A stretch of DNA of 64,000 bases from Candidatus Omnitrophota bacterium (GTDB lineage Bacteria; Omnitrophota; Gorgyraeia; Zapsychrales; JAKLDJ01), in the NCBI GenBank assembly GCA_022703585.1, contig JAKLDJ010000002.1:27413-91412 (forward strand), given 5' to 3'. The notes under the pieces were generated by a model. It did not search any database. It was not told the DNA's origin and saw nothing but the letters and a program-made list of their open reading frames with translations. The position numbers and the translations under genes are program-made. Position 1 is the first letter of the stretch, and every line of letters begins with the position of its first letter. This document shows positions 48,638 to 57,194 of the stretch, one piece after another.

Positions 48638-51556
48638 TTACGGGCGACTGATTTGCGCAAAAGGACAGATTTGATTATAGGCGCAATACGGGCAGACCAT
48701 ACGGCTGGGGGTGGCCGCAAAATTCCCTTGGCGGATGCCAGAAGAGGCCTCATCGACGCTCTCGACAACCTTGGTAATGGCCTTTTCGGTCACGGCATCC
48801 CTGCCGATAAGGCCGGTTTCCAAGAAATGCAACTCCTTGTAATCAGGAAGCTTACCAAATACTTTCTGATAGGCTAGGCTGTACAGCGAAAGTTGCAAAC
48901 TCTCTTTAACGCGTTTATCGGCATCCTCTTGTTTATGGACAGCGGAAGACTTAAAGTCAATGATAATCGCTTTCCCGCCTTCAATATCAATACGATCCCA
49001 ACGCCCAACAATACGATTGTTTCCCAAAGCAAAAGAAAAGTCTTTCTCGACATGGGCCGGGACTTTTTTAAGGCGTTCCTGCTCCCGGTAAAAATTGCGC
49101 AGCGCCGCAAAACCCGACTTAAGCCGCAATTCAATATGCTCCTGGGATAGAAACCCCTCTTTGCGGAACGAACTTTCGAAGGCCTTGAGCAGCTCATCTT
49201 CGCTAATAGCCGCGTTCTTCATTTTGGCCTGGTGGTACTGCTGAATAGCGTCGTGCAAGGCCTTGCCGTACAAAACCGTATGATGGGCCATGATCGGAAC
49301 GCGCAGGATATGAACATATTTATATTTCAAAGGGCAAGTCAAGTAATCGTCAATCTGAAAGTAGCTCAAGGACAAAATATCATCATCCCCAATTCGGTGA
49401 ACAGCCTCCAGACGCTGGCGCGCTTGCGGGGCATTGCGTTCAATCGCCTCCAGGGCATCTGCCTTGATTGCCTTTGTTTCACGTTTGACAGAAACAGCCT
49501 CGGAAACAAAACGGCTAATTTTCTTCAGCCTCTTCGTACCGTAATCAAAAGACGAAGTTAGAAACAATTCTCTCTGGGCCCGCGTCATCCCCACATAAAA
49601 AAGCCTGCGCTCTTCCTGAAGGTGAAAATCGCCCAGCGGCAGGATATCCTTGATCAACTCTTCGGGCAGCTCAATCGGTTCACGGCGCAGCGGCCAGGGA
49701 AAACGCCCCTCGACCAGCCCCACCAAAAACACGATTGGGAATTCCAATCCCTTCGCCTTATGAATAGTTAAGATGTTCACCGCGGCAACATCCTGCTCGG
49801 CCTCAGCAACCGGAGGGTCATCGCCCGCGGCGATGAGCATATCCAGATAACGGATAAAATGCAAAACCTTATCTTCACTGGCAACATATTCAAAGTCCTT
49901 AACCAGGTCAAAGAATTTGGCAATATTCCTTATTTTTTCTTCGTTTTCAGCGCTCTCATTTTCGACCAACTGTTTTAAAAAGTTTGTCTGGGTTAGAAAA
50001 AGATACAAAAGCCTTCCCGTGGAATGAGTTCGCGCCAGCTCGATAAACTGTTCCACGTCTTTAAGAATCGTTTCTTTTGCCGATAAAAACTCCGACGACA
50101 AATCCGGAAGCTCTTGAGTGGCGGCAGAGATTTTCTTAAACGCATAGAACAGATCCCATTGCCGGCGCTGGGCATAATTCATGACCCGAGTCAAATCCGC
50201 CAGCGGCATTTGATACAAATGGGAACTGGCCAGAAGATACAGGCTTAAGGAATCCGTCGGATTCGCCATCAATCTTAAGAAAGCAATGCACAGCTTTACT
50301 TCTTCGCGGGAATAAAGTCCCTGATTGCCGCTAAACTGCCAGGGAATGCCCTGCATGTTAAGCGCCCGCACAAAAGGATCCGCGTCGGAATTCGAACGCA
50401 CCAGAATGGCAAAGTCAAGACAGGTGTATTTCTTTGATTTGATCTGGGCCTTGATGTATTTAGCGACCCAGTCGGCCTCGGAAGAAATCGTATCAAAATG
50501 CATATGTTTGACGGCCTTGCCTTTTTTCGAAATGCCGGTAAGCCGTTTGTTAATCTTCGCCTGCACTTCAAAACGGTCGGGATTATTATTCTGAATAAGT
50601 TTGTAGGCGCAATCGAGGATCGGCTGGGTCGAGCGGTAATTCTTGGTCAGGGAAATCTTTTCGCTCTCGGGATAGACTTTTAAGAAATTCAGGATATTGC
50701 TGACCGCCGCTCCCCTCCATTTATAAATGCTCTGGTCATCATCGGCGACAACCGTTAAATTCTTTGCCTTTTGCGCCAGGAGTTTGACCAATTCAAATTG
50801 GGCATAGTTAGTATCCTGAAATTCGTCAACGAGAATGTATTTAAATTGATCCTGATAACGCTTTAAAATGCTGGGATGCTCCCGGAAAAGCTTTACCGCC
50901 AGGAAAAATTGATTGGCAAAATCGATTTTGCTTTCTTTAAGAAGAAGCGTCTGGTATTGCTCGTAACACTTGGCGATTTCGCTGTGACGCTGCGCCGATT
51001 CTTTTAATGCCTCATCGGCGGGATTCTCGGCAGACTGACGCGCCAGTTTTTGTGCAAAATCGAGATACTCTCCGACCGAAACATCCTCATCCCGGGCCCG
51101 AGAAAAGAGATTAATGAGGCTATCAATAAATTTTGTGGGAACTCCCAGCGGACGGTAATATTCCAGAGGGAATTTAAAAAGATTTTCCTTAAAGAAAACC
51201 GAAGCCTGCGGCCGGGTCAAAACCTTAAAATCAGGATTAAGGCCCAACTCCAGGGCATTTTCCCTTAAGATCCGGTCGCCAAAGGCATGGAAGGTAAAAA
51301 TCCAGGTATCGGTAAAGCCGTACGGCACCAGGACGTCCACCTTTTCCTGCATCTGCATGGCTGCTTTATCAGTAAACGTTAAAGCGAGAATTTCGTCGGG
51401 CCGGACCTTTTTGTCAACGATCAAATGCGCGATGCGGCGGGTAATAACCGTGGTCTTTCCGGTTCCGGCGCCGGCAATAATCAAAAGCGGGCCTTGATCG
51501 TGGACAACGGCCTTCTTTTGCTGCGGATTAAGGCCCTTAAGGATTTTTTCAGTCAT
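48638..51556 (-). CDS. UvrD/PcrA-like SF1 helicase fused to a C-terminal PD-(D/E)XK nuclease with a Cys4 Fe-S cluster (AddA/AdnA/Cas4-like)
   Basis: 972 aa. Walker A AGAGTGKT, DEFQDT, motif IV NYRST and motif VI VGMTRAQR. C-terminal nuclease core GRWDRIDI...IIIDFKSS plus Cys cluster C(PLKY)...CPYCAYNQIC (C-x2-C-x5-C). Confidence 0.8.
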   Translation of the reverse strand: MTEKILKGLNPQQKKAVVHDQGPLLIIAGAGTGKTTVITRRIAHLIVDKKVRPDEILALTFTDKAAMQMQEKVDVLVPYGFTDTWIFTFHAFGDRILRENALELGLNPDFKVLTRPQASVFFKENLFKFPLEYYRPLGVPTKFIDSLINLFSRARDEDVSVGEYLDFAQKLARQSAENPADEALKESAQRHSEIAKCYEQYQTLLLKESKIDFANQFFLAVKLFREHPSILKRYQDQFKYILVDEFQDTNYAQFELVKLLAQKAKNLTVVADDDQSIYKWRGAAVSNILNFLKVYPESEKISLTKNYRSTQPILDCAYKLIQNNNPDRFEVQAKINKRLTGISKKGKAVKHMHFDTISSEADWVAKYIKAQIKSKKYTCLDFAILVRSNSDADPFVRALNMQGIPWQFSGNQGLYSREEVKLCIAFLRLMANPTDSLSLYLLASSHLYQMPLADLTRVMNYAQRRQWDLFYAFKKISAATQELPDLSSEFLSAKETILKDVEQFIELARTHSTGRLLYLFLTQTNFLKQLVENESAENEEKIRNIAKFFDLVKDFEYVASEDKVLHFIRYLDMLIAAGDDPPVAEAEQDVAAVNILTIHKAKGLEFPIVFLVGLVEGRFPWPLRREPIELPEELIKDILPLGDFHLQEERRLFYVGMTRAQRELFLTSSFDYGTKRLKKISRFVSEAVSVKRETKAIKADALEAIERNAPQARQRLEAVHRIGDDDILSLSYFQIDDYLTCPLKYKYVHILRVPIMAHHTVLYGKALHDAIQQYHQAKMKNAAISEDELLKAFESSFRKEGFLSQEHIELRLKSGFAALRNFYREQERLKKVPAHVEKDFSFALGNNRIVGRWDRIDIEGGKAIIIDFKSSAVHKQEDADKRVKESLQLSLYSLAYQKVFGKLPDYKELHFLETGLIGRDAVTEKAITKVVESVDEASSGIRQGNFAATPSRMVCPYCAYNQICPFAQISRP

Positions 51557-51588
51557 TTTCCAATGCGTCGCTTATCGCCCCAGAAATT

Positions 51589-52329
51589 TTAATCTAACAA
51601 ATAATCTTTATTAATTCGCTGCAGACTCTTAAAAATATTCGTCTTAACCGCCCGGTTCTCCCGCTCCAGCTGCCTGATAAGGTCTTTGATCATCTTCCTT
51701 TTGGTCATATCATTATTCGGGCAATCATACTCGACAAACTTCGGATACTTGGCCTTTTTGGCTAAAGCAGTAATATCTTTTTCTTCGATATAGGCCAAAG
51801 GCCTGATGATCGTAAGTTTACCGCCAAAAAACTCCTGTTTAGGTCTCATGGCGCTTATGTGCCCCTGAAAAAAAAGGTTGAGCAAAATCGTCTCAATGAT
51901 GTCATCATGGTGATGCCCGAGAGCAATCTTATTAAATCCCATCCGGTGGGCACACTCAAAAAGGGCTTTACGCCTGTTCCAGGAACACCAGAAACAGTTG
52001 GTATCCGAAATCGTCTGGCCTTTCTTTAAAAAAGTTATTTTTTCAATGTGGTACGAAACGCCTTCCTTTTTAAGAAAATCTTCGAGCGGTTTTATATCCA
52101 ATCCGGGAAGCCCCATATCGATAATCATGGCGAGTAATTCAAACTTGATCGGAGCAAACGTCTGCCGATACTTAAGAAGCTTTAATAATGTCATACTGTC
52201 TTTGCCGCCGGAAAACCCCACCACTACCCGGTCACCGTCCCGGAGCATATCGTAATCGCCGATAGCCATGCCGACCTTCTTTGAAAGGCTGACAAATTCT
52301 TTCTCGATTCTTACCGATAAGGTGTTCAT
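51589..52329 (-). CDS. ttcA: tRNA 2-thiocytidine(32) synthetase TtcA-like PP-loop ATPase
   Basis: 246 aa with the SGGKDS PP-loop and a CFWCSW...C Fe-S ligand pattern. Strongly collinear with E. coli TtcA (GHHHDDIIETILLNLFF, IIRPLAYIEEKDI). Confidence 0.8.
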   Translation of the reverse strand: MNTLSVRIEKEFVSLSKKVGMAIGDYDMLRDGDRVVVGFSGGKDSMTLLKLLKYRQTFAPIKFELLAMIIDMGLPGLDIKPLEDFLKKEGVSYHIEKITFLKKGQTISDTNCFWCSWNRRKALFECAHRMGFNKIALGHHHDDIIETILLNLFFQGHISAMRPKQEFFGGKLTIIRPLAYIEEKDITALAKKAKYPKFVEYDCPNNDMTKRKMIKDLIRQLERENRAVKTNIFKSLQRINKDYLLD

Positions 52330-52451
52330 TAGGTAATTATTAACCGTTATTTAGAATTCACGCCTCTAGAAATTGAATTATAACACTTGCATATACCTGA
52401 GACAATTCTTCGGAAATTCCTGGGAAATACGCCCCAGCATCGATTTTAGGC

Positions 52452-52479
52452 TTGACAAATAAACGTTTTCCATTATACT
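52452..52479 (+). promoter_or_regulatory. Sigma-70-like promoter for rpmB: TTGACA-16-TATACT
   Basis: Plus-strand TTGACA at 52452-52457 and TATACT at 52474-52479, 35 nt upstream of the rpmB ATG. Divergent from ttcA. Confidence 0.55.
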
Positions 52480-52514
52480 TCTACCCTATATAAAACAAAG
52501 AAAGGTTATTTGCT

Positions 52515-52742
52515 ATGCCTAAAGCATGTGTGATTTGTGATAAAGGTCCCGTGGCCGGCCGTCAATATCGAAGACGCGGTATGGCCAAAGCCAAAGACGG
52601 AGCCGGTATCAAAGTGACCAGAAAGAATCCCCGTAGATTTTTACCGAATCTGCAAAGAGTCAAGATTCTCCTGAATAACTCCGTCCAGCGAGTTTACGTC
52701 TGCACCAACTGTATTAAATCGGGAAAAATCGTCAAGGCCTGA
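52515..52742 (+). CDS. rpmB: 50S ribosomal protein L28
   Basis: 75 aa, basic, Zn-ribbon type (CVICDKGP...CTNC). Confidence 0.85.
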   Translation: MPKACVICDKGPVAGRQYRRRGMAKAKDGAGIKVTRKNPRRFLPNLQRVKILLNNSVQRVYVCTNCIKSGKIVKA

Positions 52743-52748
52743 TTTTTT

Positions 52749-54452
52749 CTACTTACCGTTAGACTCTTTTATATCCTTTAACCCTAACTGGACCATAGGT
52801 TCTTTATTCCAATCGTCGATCGATAGGCCGTAGGCCGCATCGATTCTTTGGGCATGAGCAACCATATCGGCGTATTTAGCCATGCCGAAACCTACGACCT
52901 GAAAAGTAGATTTTCCGTCCGTCACCCAAAATTTAATCGTATCACGCCCCAAAATAGCCGGCTTGCCTTTAACGGTAAGATTGCGCGAACAGAAAACCGG
53001 CGGCGGATTTCCTTCCCCAAAAGGCTCAATTGATTCAACCGTCTTTATTAAATCAATACTTAAGTCCGAAAGCGGAATCTCGCAGTCAATCTCCAAAGTC
53101 GGCGTCAGGTCTTCTGCGCTAATCGTTGTTTTTGCAAAGTCGTTAATTGCGTTGCGAAAGACATCGATATTCTTCTTTTGAATCGTCAGGCCTCCCGCAT
53201 GTTTATGCCCGCCGTAATCCTCCAACAGACCGGCGCAATGCGTTAAGGCCTCAAAAATATGAAAACCTTCAATCGAACGCGCCGAGCCTTTACCGATATC
53301 ATCCTCCAGAGAAATAACAATCGCCGGCCGGTAATAGGTCTCGACAATGCGCGAAGCAACAATTCCCAAAACACCGCGGTGCCAGCCCTCTTTACTGAGG
53401 ACGATGACCTTGTGCTCTTTAAAATTAACTTCCCGCTCCACAATCGCCAGCGCCTCTTCGATAATATCTTTTTGAGTCTTCTGGCGGGTCTTGTTTTCCT
53501 CTTCCAATACCTTGGCCAGGCTATAGGCTTGGGCGACGTCTTCGCTTAAAAGCAGATTAAGGGCTTTGTCCGCAGAGCTGATCCGGCCCGCCGCGTTAAG
53601 GCGAGGGCCTAAGACAAATCCGACTAAAAACGGGCGCATTTTCTTGCCCTTAATTCTGGCCACATCCATTAAAGCCGCCAATCCTTTATTTTTGGTTTTC
53701 TCGATTCTTTTTAAGCCTTCCCGGACAAAAATCCGGTTTTCACCGCTTAATTCCGCCACATCGGCAATCGTTCCCAGCGCCACGATATCCAAATCCTCTT
53801 CCGGTACTTTTGCCAAAAGCGCCTGCGCCAATTTAAAAACCAGACCCACTCCGGTTAAGCCTTTAAACGGATAGGGGCATCCCTTTACCTTCGGGTTAAT
53901 AATCGCCAGGGCATCGGGCACTTTGCCTTCGGAGGGTTCATGGTGGTCGACAATGATAACATCAATCCCCGCCTCATTAAGCGCCTGGACCTGGCTGACC
54001 GCGCCGATACCGCAATCAACACTAATCAACAATTTAACGCCTTTTTCTTTTGAGAAGTCAATAATACCGTGATTAAGCCCATAACCTTCGTGCATGCGGT
54101 GGGGAATATAATTGATCGCTTCAATCGATAATTTTTTAAGCGTATTCTTTAAAAGAACCGAAGAAGTAATGCCATCAACATCGTAATCGCCGAAAATCAA
54201 AACCAATTCATGATTTTCTTTTGCTTTCTTAATCCTATTCACGGCCGCGTCCATTCCCTTAAATAAAAACGGGTCATGCAGCCGCGAAAGATCAGCTGAT
54301 AAAAAGTCGCGCGCGCCCTCGATCGTGTCAATACCGCGATTGACAAGAAGCTGGGCGACAATAGGGTGAATATTAAGAGAATTGCTTAGAAGAACCTGGA
54401 GCTTCGGGTGGGGATTTTGGATAAGCCATTTCTTGTACATGGAACCCTTCAA
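52749..54452 (-). CDS. recJ: Single-stranded-DNA-specific exonuclease RecJ
   Basis: 567 aa with DHH motifs (GDYDVDGITS, DHH) followed by DHHA1 and a C-terminal OB region. Confidence 0.85.
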   Translation of the reverse strand: MKGSMYKKWLIQNPHPKLQVLLSNSLNIHPIVAQLLVNRGIDTIEGARDFLSADLSRLHDPFLFKGMDAAVNRIKKAKENHELVLIFGDYDVDGITSSVLLKNTLKKLSIEAINYIPHRMHEGYGLNHGIIDFSKEKGVKLLISVDCGIGAVSQVQALNEAGIDVIIVDHHEPSEGKVPDALAIINPKVKGCPYPFKGLTGVGLVFKLAQALLAKVPEEDLDIVALGTIADVAELSGENRIFVREGLKRIEKTKNKGLAALMDVARIKGKKMRPFLVGFVLGPRLNAAGRISSADKALNLLLSEDVAQAYSLAKVLEEENKTRQKTQKDIIEEALAIVEREVNFKEHKVIVLSKEGWHRGVLGIVASRIVETYYRPAIVISLEDDIGKGSARSIEGFHIFEALTHCAGLLEDYGGHKHAGGLTIQKKNIDVFRNAINDFAKTTISAEDLTPTLEIDCEIPLSDLSIDLIKTVESIEPFGEGNPPPVFCSRNLTVKGKPAILGRDTIKFWVTDGKSTFQVVGFGMAKYADMVAHAQRIDAAYGLSIDDWNKEPMVQLGLKDIKESNGK

Positions 54453-54502
54453 ATATTAATTGATCGAAAAATACGTATCGGCGGACCTTCACGCGCGGAT
54501 CA

Positions 54503-56176
54503 TTACATTTTTATGGGAGCGCTGACTCCTAAAAGACGTAAGCCGTTGGCTAAAACGGTTTTGGCGGCATCAATAAGCCCCAGCCGCTCGCTGGACAGAT
54601 CAACATTGTCGCTAACGACGCGGTGTTTATCGTAGAATTGATGGAATGAGCCTGCCAACTCCTGCAAATAGCTTACCAAAGTATACGGCTCGCGCTGCCC
54701 GGCACAGATAGAAATCACTTCGGGAAAATAACTTATGGTCCGGATAAGATCAATTTCTTCTTTTTCCTTTAATAGCGCTAAGCCTGATTTCTTGGGCTTT
54801 AATTTCGACTCTTTTGCAAACTCGATAATGCTATGAATGCGGGCGTGCGCATACTGGATGTAATAAACGGGGTTTTCCGGCGTTTGTTTCTTGGCTAATT
54901 CCAAGTCAAAGTCAAGATGGGCATCGATGCGCCGCATGAGAAAGAAAAACCTGCCCGCGTCCACGCCGACCTCATCCATGACCTCGCGCAGGCTGATATA
55001 CTGCCCCCGGCGGGTCGACATCGAAAGCGGCTTGCCGTCTCTAAAAATCGTGGCCAGCTGGACAATCAGCACTTCCAAATTCTTAGGATCCCTCCCTAAA
55101 GCCGCCACAGCGGCCTTAAGCCTGGGGATATAGCCGTGATGATCCGGCCCCCAAAGATTGATAACTTTATCAAATCCGCGTTCAAATTTATTTTTATGAT
55201 AAACAATGTCCGGCGCCAAATAAGTAAAGCTGCCATCGGATTTCTTAACCACGCGGTCTTTATCATCCCCAAAGGCGGTCGATTTAAACCATACCGCCCC
55301 TTCTTGTTCGTAGATAAAGCCTTTTTCTTTTAAGAACTCTAAAACTTTTTCAATGTTATCGGTTGTGGCGATCTTTGATTGGTGCGACCAAACATCAAAG
55401 TGAACGCCAAAATCTTTAAGTTCCTGGCGAATCACGCTAAGCAGATAATCTACTCCAAACTGACGAAAATCCTTTAGCTCTTTTTTGTCGAGCCCTTCGG
55501 CATTCTTTATCTTGTTATCCTCGATAAATTTCTTGGCCATATCGCGGATATAGTCGCCCTGATAACCGTCTTCGGGAAAATTGATTTCTTGCCCGAAAAT
55601 CTCCCGCGCGCGCAATTCAATAGAGCGACCCAGGATATTGATCTGATTTCCTTCGTCGTTGACATAAAACTCTTCTGTTACATCGTATCCGGCAAACTTT
55701 AAAATATTCGCCAGCGCATCGCCGACAGCTGCCTGACGTGCATGCGCCACGCTTAACGGCCCGGTAGGATTTGCGCTTACAAATTCAATCTGCGCTTTCT
55801 GATTCTGGCCGATAGCGCTGCGGCCGAAACCATCTTTCTCGGAAAAAACTTTGTAAAGGATATCGTAAAACGCCGCGGCCGAAAAAAAGAAATTGATGAA
55901 TCCCGGGGGTTTGATTTCAACAGCGGCGATTTTTCCTTTTAAAGGAGTGCCATCGATATTTTTCTGAATAATACCCTGGAGCTGGGCCGCCAAAGCCATG
56001 GGGCTTTGCTTCAAGAGGCCGGCTAAACGCAAAGCCACATTACAGGATAACTCGCCGTGTTTTTTGTCTCCGGGGATTTCTAAGATAACGGAAGGTTGCT
56101 TTAAGGGCTGGGGACAAACTGCCTTAACGGATTGCTCTAAAATCGACTGCAGCTGCACTCTTGCTTCTTCGGACAT
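54503..56176 (-). CDS. argS: Arginine--tRNA ligase
   Basis: 557 aa class I aaRS with HIGH-like (SANPTGPLSVAHAR), KMSK-like (MSTRRG) and a DALR anticodon-binding C-terminus. Confidence 0.9.
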   Translation of the reverse strand: MSEEARVQLQSILEQSVKAVCPQPLKQPSVILEIPGDKKHGELSCNVALRLAGLLKQSPMALAAQLQGIIQKNIDGTPLKGKIAAVEIKPPGFINFFFSAAAFYDILYKVFSEKDGFGRSAIGQNQKAQIEFVSANPTGPLSVAHARQAAVGDALANILKFAGYDVTEEFYVNDEGNQINILGRSIELRAREIFGQEINFPEDGYQGDYIRDMAKKFIEDNKIKNAEGLDKKELKDFRQFGVDYLLSVIRQELKDFGVHFDVWSHQSKIATTDNIEKVLEFLKEKGFIYEQEGAVWFKSTAFGDDKDRVVKKSDGSFTYLAPDIVYHKNKFERGFDKVINLWGPDHHGYIPRLKAAVAALGRDPKNLEVLIVQLATIFRDGKPLSMSTRRGQYISLREVMDEVGVDAGRFFFLMRRIDAHLDFDLELAKKQTPENPVYYIQYAHARIHSIIEFAKESKLKPKKSGLALLKEKEEIDLIRTISYFPEVISICAGQREPYTLVSYLQELAGSFHQFYDKHRVVSDNVDLSSERLGLIDAAKTVLANGLRLLGVSAPIKM

Positions 56177-56209
56177 CGAAATTTAAGTATTTCACTTTAA
56201 TTGGAGGAA

Positions 56210-56560
56210 TTACTTTTTCCAGTTAATTCGCGGCGCATCCTGCCAGAGATGTTCCAGTCCGTAAAAATCGCGCGCTTCCCCGGCAAAGATATGGACCACC
56301 ACATCCCCCACGTCCATCAGCATCCAGGTAGCCTCCCGTTGTCCTTGTGGCTGGCGGACCTTGATACCTTTTTTGCCCAACCCCTCATCAATGGCATCGG
56401 CAATGGCATGGCCCCGGCGGTCGGATGAGGCAGACACGATAACAAAATAATCGCAGAAATTAACCACCTTACGCATGTCTAAGATGACAATATCTTCCGC
56501 TTTCTTATCGTGCGCAAATCCTGCGATTAGCTTGGCTGTTTCTTTTGAAGTTGATCGGAT
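56210..56560 (-). CDS. rsfS: Ribosomal silencing factor RsfS (Iojap), with an uncertain 5' end and no canonical start codon
   Basis: The ORF-track ATG at 56476 is internal. The frame is open upstream and encodes ...IRSTSKETAKLIAGFAHDKKAEDIVILDM, the conserved RsfS N-terminus. No in-frame ATG, GTG or TTG exists between the upstream stop at 56581-56579 and that Met. Candidate starts are ATC at 56560 or ATC at 56572. The latter is preceded by AAGG at about 11 nt. Confidence 0.6.
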   Translation of the reverse strand: MRSTSKETAKLIAGFAHDKKAEDIVILDMRKVVNFCDYFVIVSASSDRRGHAIADAIDEGLGKKGIKVRQPQGQREATWMLMDVGDVVVHIFAGEARDFYGLEHLWQDAPRINWKK

Positions 56561-56595
56561 TTTTTTTACGATGGCAGAATAACCTTAAGAGAGTA

Positions 56596-56649
56596 TTAAA
56601 AACACCGTAAGGCCCTTGAATCCTTTTTGCCTTAAAAAGGATACGGGCC
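56596..56649 (-). terminator. Rho-independent terminator after the 56-aa ORF
   Basis: Minus-sense hairpin GGCCCGTATCCTTTTTAAGGCAAAAAGGATTCAAGGGCC (plus 56611-56649) followed by TTTTT (plus AAAAA at 56598-56602). It ends about 25 nt before the rsfS coding start. Confidence 0.6.
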
Positions 56650-56734
56650 TATCGATGCAGTAAACATGCTCATTCTTGCCTTTAGCAAAGACAAGAAACC
56701 ATTCCTTCACACATTAATACAATGCAGAATGAAA

Positions 56735-56905
56735 CTATTTCTTTAATTTTGCCGCTTGATCCTTCGAAATGACGCGCCAGCATTCGTGGGTGCCAGCCTT
56801 GGATTTGGCAACGGCGAAACAGCGCCCTGCTTTTTCTTTAATCTGATATTCCGTAGCCTTGAATTTGTTCTTGGTCTTTACATCGTAGAATTCTAGCTCT
56901 TGCAT
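56735..56905 (-). CDS. Unlisted small ORF (56 aa): MQELEFYDVKTKNKFKATEYQIKEKAGRCFAVAKSKAGTHECWRVISKDQAAKLKK
   Basis: The ATG at 56905 is preceded by AAGGAG with a 6-nt spacing. An intrinsic terminator follows, and a TTGACA-17-TAGACT promoter-like element sits at 57085-57057. It falls below the ORF-track length cutoff. Function unknown; basic, with two Cys. Confidence 0.45.
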   Translation of the reverse strand: MQELEFYDVKTKNKFKATEYQIKEKAGRCFAVAKSKAGTHECWRVISKDQAAKLKK

Positions 56906-57194
56906 TACGTTCTCCTTGTTTGTATTGGTGCTGTATTAAGAATTGATAAAACGATTACGGTTAACGCTTAAATCTTTTAAGACGGCCTTTATAAGAACCT
57001 ATTTTTTCACCTCCTTGCTAAAAGCCATCGCGTAAAATATCTGAAATATAAGTAAAAGTCTAACCGATATTCAATCTTTTGTCAACATATTCATACATCA
57101 AAATTAGCACATCCTTCAATAGACATGCCCTTTCCCGGGAAGAATTCCCCGCGTCCTTAAAAATTTCCATCCCGAGGGTTTACATGGATGCGGG

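Noticed and set aside
52411-52431. GGAAATTCC / GGGAAATACG near the ttcA-rpmB divergent promoter, as a fourth copy of the AAATAC operator
   Set aside because: Only a single half-site with no inverted partner within 30 bp. It is kept as a note but not called as an operator.
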